DNA of 58,409 nt from Pseudomonadota bacterium (GTDB taxonomy: Bacteria > Pseudomonadota > Alphaproteobacteria > Rickettsiales > SXRF01), in NCBI GenBank assembly GCA_028873525.1, contig JAGWIM010000003.1, forward strand, positions 1 through 58,409, read 5' to 3'. Below, piece by piece: positions 32,369 to 41,127 of the stretch. The notes under the pieces were generated by a model. It did no database searches. It worked only from the letters and a program-made list of their open reading frames with translations, and had not been told where the DNA came from. The first letter of the stretch is position 1. The number at the start of each line of letters is the position of its first letter. The position numbers were made by a program, and so were the translations under genes.

Positions 32369-33136
32369 TTACATGCCCCTTTCCTTCGGCAGTCCTTGCT
32401 GCTCCAGCCGCGCCAGAAAGCTGGTCTGCTGCAGCCGGGTGCGTAGATGCTGCATCACCTCCACCTGCTGCCTTGGCTCCTGCACGCGGACGGCGACGCC
32501 TGCCGCCATCACTGCCGGCACGTCGCCACTTTGCACCATGCCCAGCGCCTGTTCCGGCAACTTTGAAAGATAATGGCAGAGCGCGAGGTTTCCCTGATTC
32601 ATGTCGAGCTGCGGCAACAGGTGCGTATGCACATGGCCGGAGTCGGCTTCCTTGAGCACCCGCGCTGTATCGACCGGGTCGGTCTGGCCGCGCGCGATAT
32701 TCTTATAGGCGGCGATGATTCTGGCGTCCTGCGCCGTGTAGCCGTCCGCTTCGCGCAGTACCTGCGCGGCAACCGGCCCCGGCCCGGCGCCCGCCGTGTT
32801 CAGCCGCTGCGCCAGCTCCAGCCGGTGATGGCCGTCGGCGACGAATACCCGTCCGTCCAGCCGTTCGTGCACCAGGAGCGGGTCGCCGTGCAGGATGGGG
32901 TCCCAGCGGTCGCAGTCGTAGCGGCGGGCGCGGGTGACGCCGTTGCCGTCGCCGCCGGAGCGGAACTGGTAGGTGGCGGCGTCGGTTTCGATGGCGGCAG
33001 GATCGAGCATCACGAGCGCGGACTTCGGCGCATTGCCAATCACCCCGGCGCGTTTAAGGAGTGCGATAACGGTCAGGCGCTGCGCGGCATCGCGCAGGCC
33101 AAATTGATCGAACATGGCTTCCAGTCCGGTGTCCAT
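32369..33136 (-). CDS. ParB/Srx-fold domain protein
   Basis: WDP, LLVHER.DGRVFVADGHHRLELA motif. Confidence 0.7.
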   Translation of the reverse strand: MDTGLEAMFDQFGLRDAAQRLTVIALLKRAGVIGNAPKSALVMLDPAAIETDAATYQFRSGGDGNGVTRARRYDCDRWDPILHGDPLLVHERLDGRVFVADGHHRLELAQRLNTAGAGPGPVAAQVLREADGYTAQDARIIAAYKNIARGQTDPVDTARVLKEADSGHVHTHLLPQLDMNQGNLALCHYLSKLPEQALGMVQSGDVPAVMAAGVAVRVQEPRQQVEVMQHLRTRLQQTSFLARLEQQGLPKERGM

Positions 33137-33141
33137 GCCTT

Positions 33142-33188
33142 ATTCTAACCGTTTGGCGAATCAAGACCTAATGACAGTTTTGTGACAA
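33142..33188 (-). promoter_or_regulatory. Pho-box-like direct repeat plus -10 element
   Basis: TTGTCAC-AAAA-CTGTCAT, then TAGAAT after 23 nt. Confidence 0.7.
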
Positions 33189-33488
33189 TTATCGGGGCAA
33201 TTTCGCCAGTACGTTTTCGTCATGGATTTTCAGCCGTTTATGGCGGGACTGGCCGCCGGAAGCGATCTCCAGCATGGAGGGCGAAACATCCCATTCGCCA
33301 GCCAGGAACCTGATAAGCGCCTTGTTGGCCTTGCCGTCTTCCGGCGCGGCGGCGATTTTCACTTTGAGTGCCCGTTTGCCGTCGGCGCCGGCAACCCAGC
33401 CGACAATCTCGTTTTTCGAGGCTTTGGGAATGACGTGGAGCATAATCCCCGCCCCACGGCGGGGTCCAGTGTGTTTTTGAGTCATCAT
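33189..33488 (-). CDS. yggU: DUF167/YggU family protein
   Basis: VIPKASKNEI, LKVKIAAAPEDGKAN and SGGQSRHK motifs. Confidence 0.9.
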   Translation of the reverse strand: MMTQKHTGPRRGAGIMLHVIPKASKNEIVGWVAGADGKRALKVKIAAAPEDGKANKALIRFLAGEWDVSPSMLEIASGGQSRHKRLKIHDENVLAKLPR

Positions 33489-33553
33489 GATTCCGCTAAA
33501 TTCTTGGCAAACGCCTATCTATCGTTTATAGCCTAACTTTCCTACTAACAAGA

Positions 33554-33582
33554 CTGGATCCCGCGACAAGCGCGGGGATTGA
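33554..33582. repeat. single REP-like arm immediately before the aspS ATG
   Basis: ctggatcccgcg-acaag-cgcggggattga. Confidence 0.6.
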
Positions 33583-33583
33583 T

Positions 33584-35446
33584 ATGCACCCTTACCGAAC
33601 TCATACCTGCAACCAACTCAATAGAAAATTCCTTGAGTCTCCTCCTCTGACAGCGGAGGTAAAACTCTCCGGTTGGGTGCATCGTAAGCGCGATCATGGC
33701 AATTTGCTCTTTATTGACCTGCGCGATCATTATGGCATTACGCAGTTGGTGGTAGATCGTTCAGATCATGCGGCTGATGAAGATAAGCTTATCGAAGACT
33801 TGCAAGCACTACCTCTTGAAAGCGTCATCACCGTCACAGGTACTGTTGTGAACCGCACACCTGACACCATCAACAAAGACTTGCCAACAGGTGATATAGA
33901 AGTTGTCATTGAGAGTTTCGTTCTCGAATCCGCCGCCGAATCGCTGCCGCTGCAAATCAACGCCGAGCGCGATCAACCGGAAGAAACACGGCTCAAATAC
34001 CGCTTTTTGGATTTACGTCGTGAGAAAATTCACAAAAATATTATGCTGCGCTCGCAGGTGATTTCTTCGCTTCGCCGCCGCATGACCGACGCCGGTTTCA
34101 ACGAGTTCCAGACGCCGATTCTGACCGCCAGTTCGCCCGAGGGCGCGCGCGATTACCTGGTGCCTTCGCGTATTCATCCCGGCAAGTTTTATGCGCTCCC
34201 TCAGGCGCCGCAGCAGTTCAAGCAACTCTTGATGGTGTCGGGCTTCGATAGGTACTTTCAGATTGCGCCCTGCTTCCGCGACGAGGATGGCCGCGCCGAC
34301 CGCAGCCCGGGCGAGTTCTACCAGCTTGACATTGAGATGAGCTTTGTGACGCAGGAGGATGTATTTGCAGCGATTGAGCCGATGCTGGAAGGCGTATTCA
34401 AGGAATTCGGCGGTGATAAAAAAGTCACGCCCGCGCCGTTCCCGCGCATGACCTATAAGGATGCGATGCTGAAATACGGCACGGATAAGCCGGATTTGCG
34501 GAATCCGCTGGAGATTGTGGATGTGACGGAGGAATTCAAGGATCCGTCGGTGACGTTCAACGCATTCAAGGGAAAAACGGTGCGTGCGATTCCGGCGCCC
34601 GGCACGGCCACGCAGCCGCGCAGCTTCTTCGACAAATTAAACGACTGGGCCAGGGAAGAAGGCGCACCTGGTCTGGGTTATATTACGTTTGAAATACCAG
34701 CGGTAAATACCGCCGATGGAAAGGTGGAAGGAAATTTAACAGCTAAAGGTCCAATTGCTAAATTTATTCCTTTTCCAATTCAAAAAAAGATTGCAGAAAA
34801 AGTTGGAGTTAAGGAAGGCGACACGGTGTTTTTCTCCGCCAGCGAAAAAGAACTCGACGCTGCGAAGCTCGCGGGCAAAGCCCGCATCAAGCTCGGCGAC
34901 GAACTCGACCTCCTCGAACAAGGCGTGTTCAAGTTCGTGTGGGTGGTGGATTTCCCGTATTTCGAGTTCGACGAGGAAGAAAAGAAAATCATCTTCTCAC
35001 ATAATCCGTTCTCGATGCCGCAGGGCGGGATGGAAGCGCTCACCAGCAAAGAGCCGCTGGAGATTCTCGCCTATCAGTATGACATCGTCTGCAACGGGGT
35101 GGAACTGTCGAGCGGCGCGATTCGCAATCACAAGCCGGAGATCATGTACAAGGCGTTTTCCATCGCCGGATACCCGCCGGGGTTTGTTGATAGTAAATTC
35201 GGCGGCATGATCTCGGCCTTCAGGTTCGGCGCGCCGCCGCACGGCGGGTTGGCGCCGGGCGTAGACCGCATGGTGATGCTGCTGGCCGATGAGCCGAACA
35301 TCCGCGAAGTCATCGCCTTCCCGATGAACCAGAAGGCCGAGGACCTGCTGATGCAGGCGCCTTCGCCGGTCGATGAAAAGCAACTGCGCGAGTTGCATTT
35401 GCAGCTAAGCCCGAAGGCGAAGCAATTGCTGGCGGAGGAGACATAA
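33584..35446 (+). CDS. aspS: aspartate--tRNA ligase
   Basis: YRTHTC, RDHG (His typical of non-discriminating AspRS), [17 protein letters not shown] and PPHGG motifs. Confidence 0.98.
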   Translation: MHPYRTHTCNQLNRKFLESPPLTAEVKLSGWVHRKRDHGNLLFIDLRDHYGITQLVVDRSDHAADEDKLIEDLQALPLESVITVTGTVVNRTPDTINKDLPTGDIEVVIESFVLESAAESLPLQINAERDQPEETRLKYRFLDLRREKIHKNIMLRSQVISSLRRRMTDAGFNEFQTPILTASSPEGARDYLVPSRIHPGKFYALPQAPQQFKQLLMVSGFDRYFQIAPCFRDEDGRADRSPGEFYQLDIEMSFVTQEDVFAAIEPMLEGVFKEFGGDKKVTPAPFPRMTYKDAMLKYGTDKPDLRNPLEIVDVTEEFKDPSVTFNAFKGKTVRAIPAPGTATQPRSFFDKLNDWAREEGAPGLGYITFEIPAVNTADGKVEGNLTAKGPIAKFIPFPIQKKIAEKVGVKEGDTVFFSASEKELDAAKLAGKARIKLGDELDLLEQGVFKFVWVVDFPYFEFDEEEKKIIFSHNPFSMPQGGMEALTSKEPLEILAYQYDIVCNGVELSSGAIRNHKPEIMYKAFSIAGYPPGFVDSKFGGMISAFRFGAPPHGGLAPGVDRMVMLLADEPNIREVIAFPMNQKAEDLLMQAPSPVDEKQLRELHLQLSPKAKQLLAEET

Positions 35447-35466
35447 ATGTAAAAGGAGTAACAGTT

Positions 35467-35829
35467 ATGTTGGTTGATTTTTATACTGATAAGAAAATTA
35501 CCTCTGTGCCTTACCAAAGGGACTACGATTGTTGGATGTCTCGGTTAACCGAGGATGAAAAGCAAACTATCCGGCAGACCTTGAATAGTTTGATCGACGG
35601 TGACGAGATTCATACCGCTGGATGGATGCCGGGCAGAGATTGGACTGGCACCCCTTTTCAACCGATATACGAAAAAGCTACTAAACGGAATATTGGGTTG
35701 GCTGCCAAATGCTTTGGTTTGGTGGTATGGGAAGTGTTTATGAAGCGTTCGGAAAAATGGCGTACCGGACGATTTGAGAAAAATGGAGAACCCATTGGTA
35801 GTCTGACATATTTTCGTGTACGGCAATGA
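35467..35829 (+). CDS. hypothetical protein (AT-rich, 120 aa)
   Basis: AAGGAG RBS; stop overlaps the next ATG (ATGA). Confidence 0.8.
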   Translation: MLVDFYTDKKITSVPYQRDYDCWMSRLTEDEKQTIRQTLNSLIDGDEIHTAGWMPGRDWTGTPFQPIYEKATKRNIGLAAKCFGLVVWEVFMKRSEKWRTGRFEKNGEPIGSLTYFRVRQ

Positions 35830-36641
35830 TAATTAAGGTAGCCCTCGTCCAGCTTACAAGCACTGCCGATATGGCGGAGAATATCGCCGGAATTGAGGCG
35901 TTTGTCGCCAAGGCAGCAGGACAGGGGGCGGAGTTGGTCGCGCTGCCGGAGAATGCATTTTACATGCGCGCCGAAGGAGAGGCGCCCGCGCCGCGCTATA
36001 CGCAGGAAGAACATCCGGGTGTTGTAGCCTCGGCGAAAATGGCCAGGCAACGTGGGATTTGGTTGTTGGCGGGGTCGGTGGCGGTCATTGGGAAATCGGT
36101 AGATCATAAAACCTACAATCGCTCGCTTTTATTCAATCCTGAAGGAAGAATCGCCGCGCAGTATGACAAGATTCACCTGTTCGATGTCGATGTCGGCGAC
36201 GGGCAAGCGTATAAGGAATCGGCAAAAATGCTGCCGGGTGAGAAGGCGGTGGTGGCTGAATTGCCATGGTGCAGGCTGGGCATGACCATCTGCTACGACC
36301 TGCGTTTTCCGCAGCTATACCGCGCGCTGGCAAAAGCGGGCGCGCAGATACTCGCCGTGCCGTCGGCCTTCACGCAAACCACCGGTGAAGCACACTGGCA
36401 TGTGCTGCTGCGCGCGCGCGCCATTGAGAACGCCTGTTTTGTTATTGCGCCCGCGCAGACCGGCACGCATCCGGGTGGCCGCAAAACTTACGGCCATTCG
36501 CTGGTCGTCGATCCGTGGGGGAAAGTCCTGGCCGATGGCGGCACGGAAGAAGGCGTCATCCTGGCGGAGGTTGATTTGGATGAGGTCGGGCGCGTACGGG
36601 CGAAGCTGCCGAGTCTGGAGCATGACAGGGAATTTCAATAG
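35826..36641 (+). CDS. carbon-nitrogen hydrolase (Nit1-like)
   Basis: LPEN, YDKIHLFD, ICYDLRFP and LLRARAIE motifs. Confidence 0.95.
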   Translation: MIIKVALVQLTSTADMAENIAGIEAFVAKAAGQGAELVALPENAFYMRAEGEAPAPRYTQEEHPGVVASAKMARQRGIWLLAGSVAVIGKSVDHKTYNRSLLFNPEGRIAAQYDKIHLFDVDVGDGQAYKESAKMLPGEKAVVAELPWCRLGMTICYDLRFPQLYRALAKAGAQILAVPSAFTQTTGEAHWHVLLRARAIENACFVIAPAQTGTHPGGRKTYGHSLVVDPWGKVLADGGTEEGVILAEVDLDEVGRVRAKLPSLEHDREFQ

Positions 36642-36646
36642 CACTC

Positions 36647-37294
36647 TTATTTGCTATTTGATGCACCGGTACGGAAAGCGATTGCTCTGCTAATCACTTC
36701 CTCAGGGAAATTACTTTCCTTTAATACAGCACTAAACTCATCAAAAGAATATCTCGCATATTTACCACATATATTCCTGACCTGTAGCTCTACAGCAGCA
36801 GCTTGTGCCACTTTTGCAAACGCATCATCTGCTACGATAGAAAACCCACCATGATGCTTGACAAAGTATCCTGGTGCTAAGTACCGGCCATTGGGTTGGT
36901 CACTACTGGGAATCTCAGTAGGAACTAATTGTAACTGTGCTACGGCATCACAATCCGGTAACGCTCTTTTTAAAAGAATTTTAGCAGATTCGGGGCCAAT
37001 CTGACCATCGTTATGTCGGCCGTTGTGGCTTACGCTCAATGCAATTTTATCATCGTTGATGTAGGTATGCAGTAATTCAACAGGCTTAAAGTCGCTTTTT
37101 GAGGTTGCATTATGTTCTAATGCAATAAGTTCGGCTATGGGACCAGCAAGGGCAATACAAGCCTCATTATCCTTCCTTATTAAATCATCAAGTTTCTGCT
37201 CCCGAATTTCGTCTTGTTTTGCCCGTGCTTGAGCGGCAGCAATATGAGATTCTCTTTCTTGAAGTATATGTTGTTTGGCCATGTCTTTCTCCAT
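36647..37294 (-). CDS. hypothetical protein (AT-rich orphan, ~215 aa)
   Basis: Long ORF in an AT-rich patch; may start at the second Met after GGAG. Confidence 0.75.
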   Translation of the reverse strand: MEKDMAKQHILQERESHIAAAQARAKQDEIREQKLDDLIRKDNEACIALAGPIAELIALEHNATSKSDFKPVELLHTYINDDKIALSVSHNGRHNDGQIGPESAKILLKRALPDCDAVAQLQLVPTEIPSSDQPNGRYLAPGYFVKHHGGFSIVADDAFAKVAQAAAVELQVRNICGKYARYSFDEFSAVLKESNFPEEVISRAIAFRTGASNSK

Positions 37295-37310
37295 TACATG
37301 TTGTTATTGT

Positions 37311-37356
37311 AGCATAACACAGCAAAACAATTACAAATGTGAAGATTTTATGACAT
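37311..37356 (-). promoter_or_regulatory. weaker Pho-box-like repeat plus -10 element
   Basis: ATGTCAT-AAAA-TCTTCAC, then TATGCT after 22 nt. Confidence 0.45.
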
Positions 37357-37375
37357 TTTTAACCATCTGAAAATT

Positions 37376-38209
37376 TTAAACTTTTTCCCCCGCCACCATA
37401 TAATTTACGCCCAAATCCTTTGCATCTACTCGCCATTGGCCGTCCAGCGGATTAAAAACCATCCCGGTCATTTCGGTGATTTCGATATTATTGCGCCGCA
37501 ACGCATTCACCAACTCGTGCGGGCGCAGGAATTTCTTCCAGTCATGTGTGCCGCGCGGCAGCCAGCGCAACACATATTCGGCGCCGACGATGGCCAGCGC
37601 AAAAGATTTAGCCGTGCGGTTGAGCGTCGAATAAAATATCAGGCCGCCGGGCTTGACCAGCGCCGCGCTCGCAGCCACGAACGCTTCCACATCGGCGACG
37701 TGCTCAATGATCTCGAGGGCGAGAACGATATCGAAAGGAAGTGGAAAGTGGGAGGTGGAAGGTGAATGGTGCGCCGGTTTTTTTTCACCGTCCACTTTCC
37801 AGCGTCCACCGTCCACCATTTCCTCCGCGGTGGTGCATATATAATCAACCTCCAGCCCGGCCTGTCTGGCATGAAGTTTGGCGGCGGCGATGTTTTCCGC
37901 CGAAGCATCAATGCCGGTAACTTCCGCGCCCAGCCGCGCCATCGGTTCGCAGATGAGGCCGCCGCCGCAACCGATGTCCAGAAGGCGGATGCCTTCCAGA
38001 ATTGGCAGTCGGCAATTATCGGTTGTCAATTTTTTTACTGATAACCGTGAACCATCGACTGGTAACTGATTCAATATATATTGAATCCGCACCGGGTTCA
38101 TCCGGTGCAGCGGCGCAAACGCGCCGTGCTCGTCCCACCACTGGTCGGCCAGCCGCGAGAATTTATCGACTTCCACGGCGTCAACGGTTGTATTGTGCGG
38201 TCGTTTCAT
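37376..38209 (-). CDS. ubiG: ubiquinone biosynthesis O-methyltransferase with two in-frame heptamer insertions
   Basis: WWD, LHRMNPVR, LDIGCGGG, LEIIEHV and GTHDW motifs. Confidence 0.96.
   Translation of the reverse strand: MKRPHNTTVDAVEVDKFSRLADQWWDEHGAFAPLHRMNPVRIQYILNQLPVDGSRLSVKKLTTDNCRLPILEGIRLLDIGCGGGLICEPMARLGAEVTGIDASAENIAAAKLHARQAGLEVDYICTTAEEMVDGGRWKVDGEKKPAHHSPSTSHFPLPFDIVLALEIIEHVADVEAFVAASAALVKPGGLIFYSTLNRTAKSFALAIVGAEYVLRWLPRGTHDWKKFLRPHELVNALRRNNIEITEMTGMVFNPLDGQWRVDAKDLGVNYMVAGEKV
37735..37820. repeat. heptamer-arm inverted repeat in frame in ubiG (MVDGGRWKVDGEKKPAHHSPSTSHFPLP)
   Basis: tggaaag tgggagg tggaagg tgaatgg ... T8 ... caccgtc cactttc cagcgtc caccgtc cacc. Confidence 0.88.
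38001..38069. repeat. heptamer-arm inverted repeat in frame in ubiG (QLPVDGSRLSVKKLTTDNCRLP)
   Basis: attggca gtcggca attatcg gttgtca aT7 actgata accgtga accatcg actggta; same subtype as carB 4881. Confidence 0.88.
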
Positions 38210-38245
38210 TTACCTTATCCCTAAGGGAGGGAGGTATTGTAGCGC

Positions 38246-39268
38246 ATGGTTTTGCAAAAGCCGAACGCAAAAAAAACATCGCTGGAGCAATGGGCGCAAG
38301 ATATGGGCGACGGGGTGATGCGCTGGCTGATCGGCCTGACTAGGCACTGGTCAAAGCGCCGTGACATTCTGCGCAACAATTATCGGCTTGGCCATCATTA
38401 CCTCAAGCTTGGCAAGACCAGTGACGCCGTGCTGCGCTTTAAAATAGTCACCTGGATGGACCCGATGCGTCCTGACGGCTGGTATTTTCTCGGTTGCAGC
38501 ACTCTGGCGCACGGTGACCGCGTTGCCGCCGTCTCCGCGTTCACACAGGCATTACGGATTAAGCCGGACTATGAAGAAGCGGCCTATATGCTGGCGATTG
38601 CCAGCGGCAAGGATATGCCGGCGGAGGCGTTGCCGAAGAAAATGCCGGTATCGCTGGCGCAGGGACATTTCGAGGAAATTGCGCCGGGTTTCACCCGTGA
38701 GCAGATCGAGGTTTATCAATATCGCGGTCATACGCTGCTGGCCGAAGCGGTGCGCGCTGCTCTCGTCCCAGGGCGCATCGATCATGTTGTGCTCGAACCC
38801 GGCGTCGGCAGCGGATTATGTGGCGCGTTGCTTCGTGATGTCAGCGCACACCTCACCGGCGTCGATTTTTCGGCGGCCATGTTGACTGAAGCGGTAAAGT
38901 TGCAGGATGCGCAGGGAAAAAAAACCTATGACGCATTGATCAACAGAGAGATACACGAATTTTTGCCGGATATGGCAGATGACGCTTTTGATGTCGTACT
39001 GGCGGCAGGTCTGATCAGTTATGTCGGCGAGGCAGACGCGCTGGTTGCACAGGTGGCACGCGTACTGAAACCAGGCGGGCTATTCGCCTTCACCGCCGAT
39101 GCAATGGACGGGCAGGGCTTTCAGCTCGATACCGCTGCCGGACGCTTTTGCTTCTCCAGGTCATATCTGGAAGGGTTGGCGGCCAATAACAGGCTGACGG
39201 TGCTTAGATTTGAGGAAGCCGAAATCTACCCGGAATATAAGGCGTGGCTGTGTGTCTTCCGTAAATAG
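38246..39268 (+). CDS. TPR-containing SAM-dependent methyltransferase
   Basis: TPR-like helices, then VLEPGVGSGLCG, GVDFS and LKPGGLFAFT. Confidence 0.85.
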   Translation: MVLQKPNAKKTSLEQWAQDMGDGVMRWLIGLTRHWSKRRDILRNNYRLGHHYLKLGKTSDAVLRFKIVTWMDPMRPDGWYFLGCSTLAHGDRVAAVSAFTQALRIKPDYEEAAYMLAIASGKDMPAEALPKKMPVSLAQGHFEEIAPGFTREQIEVYQYRGHTLLAEAVRAALVPGRIDHVVLEPGVGSGLCGALLRDVSAHLTGVDFSAAMLTEAVKLQDAQGKKTYDALINREIHEFLPDMADDAFDVVLAAGLISYVGEADALVAQVARVLKPGGLFAFTADAMDGQGFQLDTAAGRFCFSRSYLEGLAANNRLTVLRFEEAEIYPEYKAWLCVFRK

Positions 39269-39713
39269 CCGGTTTACCATCCGCTTCGCCACAGAAGAAG
39301 ATGCGGGAACGCTTACTAAAATACATCAGGAGTGTTTCATAACTTACTGGAATAAAGAAGCATTTAGTAATTTTTTTTCGGTACAAAATACTTTTGCGTT
39401 TCTGGCGGAGGCGCCTGATCCTGATGGCATGATAGTCTTTCGCGTGTATCCGGATGAGGCTGAAGTCATCACGTTGGCAGTGCGGCCTGCGCGGCGCAGG
39501 CAGGGCATCGGCCGGGCGCTGCTGACAAAAGCCATGAACGGGGCGAAAAACTTCGGTGCGCGGGCGATGTTCCTTGATGTCGAGGATGGTAACAATGCGG
39601 CGCTTACGCTATATGAATCTTATGGATTTACGCAGATAAACCGCCGCAGGCAATATTACCGCCACAAGGACGGAAGCTACACGGATGCGCTTGTATTACG
39701 GGAGAAATTATAA
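39252..39713 (+). CDS. rimI: RimI-like GNAT acetyltransferase (start uncertain)
   Basis: EAEVITLAVRP..RRQGIGRALL, FLDV...N..AL.LY and RRQYY motifs. Confidence 0.85.
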   Translation: MSSVNSRFTIRFATEEDAGTLTKIHQECFITYWNKEAFSNFFSVQNTFAFLAEAPDPDGMIVFRVYPDEAEVITLAVRPARRRQGIGRALLTKAMNGAKNFGARAMFLDVEDGNNAALTLYESYGFTQINRRRQYYRHKDGSYTDALVLREKL

Positions 39714-39784
39714 TAGTGCTTAATGCCCGGTGCTTGGTGTGCAGAAAAAACTTTCAAACCAAAGCATCAGGTACCAGGTACTAA
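39714..39784. repeat. heptamer-arm inverted repeat filling the rimI-lysC spacer
   Basis: tagtgct taatgcc cggtgct tggtgtg ... aaccaaa gcatcag gtaccag gtactaa. Confidence 0.65.
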
Positions 39785-39786
39785 AA

Positions 39787-41016
39787 ATGGCGTTGATTGT
39801 ACAGAAATTCGGCGGCACGTCGGTAGGCGATATCGAGCGCATAAAAAACGTCGCCTGCAAAGTCAAAAAAGAGCGTGACGCGGGCAACCGCGTGGCGGTC
39901 GTTGTCTCGGCGATGGCGGGCGTCACCAACCAACTCGTGGGTTATGTCGAGGCACTGTCGCCGCTCAATTCCGACGAAGCCTGGCGCGAATACGACCAGG
40001 TGGTGTCGTCCGGTGAGCAGGTGACCAGCGGTCTGCTGGCGCTGGCGCTGCATGAGATGGGTGTTCCCTCACGGTCGTTCGCCGGTGGGCAGATTCCGCT
40101 GAAGACCAACCATGTGCACGGCAAGGCGCGCATCGCTGGCATCGATGCGACGGAAATCAAAAAAGCGCTGGATGGCGGCATGGCAGCGGTCGTCGCCGGG
40201 TTCCAGGGCACGACGCCGGATGGTCGCATCGCGACGCTGGGGCGCGGCGGCTCCGATACCTCGGCGGTGGCGCTGGCGGCGGCGCTGAAGGCCGACCGCT
40301 GCGATATTTACACCGACGTGGATGGGGTTTATACCACTGATCCGCGCCTGGTCGAGGGTGCGCGCAAGCTTGATAAAATCACCTGCGAGGAAATGCTGGA
40401 GCTGGCGTCGCTCGGGGCGAAAGTATTGCAGACGCGCTCGGTTGAGATGGCGATGAATCATGGCGTGGTGGTGCAGGTGCGCTCCAGCTTCGCCGACACG
40501 CCCGGAACGTATCTGGTCAATGAGGAGGACATCGTGGAACAAAAGAAAATCACCGGCATCGCCTACAGCCGCGACGAGGCGCGTGTCACCTTAACCGGCG
40601 TCCCGGACAAGCCGGGCGTGGCAGCGGCGATTTTCGGTCCGCTGGCTGACGCCAACATCAACGTCGACATGATCGTCCAGAACGTCGATGAGATCGGCCG
40701 CGTGACCGATATGACGTTTACCGTGAATAAGACTGACCTGGAACGCGCCGTCGCCGCACTCCAAAAAGCCCGTCCGGTGCTGCAATACAAGGAGATGAAC
40801 GCCGATAAAAACGTTGCCAAAATTTCGGTGGTGGGTGTAGGGATGCGCTCGCACGCGGGTGTTGCGCTCGATATGTTCAAAACTCTCGCCGAAAAAAACA
40901 TCAATATCCTCGTCATCTCGACGTCGGAAATAAAAATCAGCGTGCTGATCGCCGAGGAATACACCGAGCTGGCGGTAAGAGCATTACATGCGGCGTTTGA
41001 ATTGGAGAAGGCGTAG
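39787..41016 (+). CDS. lysC: aspartate kinase
   Basis: VQKFGGTSV, TLGRGGSDTSA, YTDVDG motifs; two ACT domains. Confidence 0.97.
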   Translation: MALIVQKFGGTSVGDIERIKNVACKVKKERDAGNRVAVVVSAMAGVTNQLVGYVEALSPLNSDEAWREYDQVVSSGEQVTSGLLALALHEMGVPSRSFAGGQIPLKTNHVHGKARIAGIDATEIKKALDGGMAAVVAGFQGTTPDGRIATLGRGGSDTSAVALAAALKADRCDIYTDVDGVYTTDPRLVEGARKLDKITCEEMLELASLGAKVLQTRSVEMAMNHGVVVQVRSSFADTPGTYLVNEEDIVEQKKITGIAYSRDEARVTLTGVPDKPGVAAAIFGPLADANINVDMIVQNVDEIGRVTDMTFTVNKTDLERAVAALQKARPVLQYKEMNADKNVAKISVVGVGMRSHAGVALDMFKTLAEKNINILVISTSEIKISVLIAEEYTELAVRALHAAFELEKA

Positions 41017-41127
41017 TCTCGTGGCACGCGAAGCGTGAGCACGGGATCCGCACAAAATCTATGACATCATTACAGGACAAAATTACAGGAGAATCCTGCG
41101 CTGGCGCTCCGCGCTCCGCAGGATTGA
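41013..41127. repeat. REP-like doublet whose spacer holds the ATG of the next gene
   Basis: tctcgtggcacgc-gaa-gcgtgagcacggga and aatcctgcgctggcgctccgcgctccgcaggatt. Confidence 0.65.

Noticed and set aside
33630-33660. Decayed PSP hairpin in the aspS N-terminus (ESPPLTAE)
   Set aside because: Stem too short and degenerate to assign to the family.
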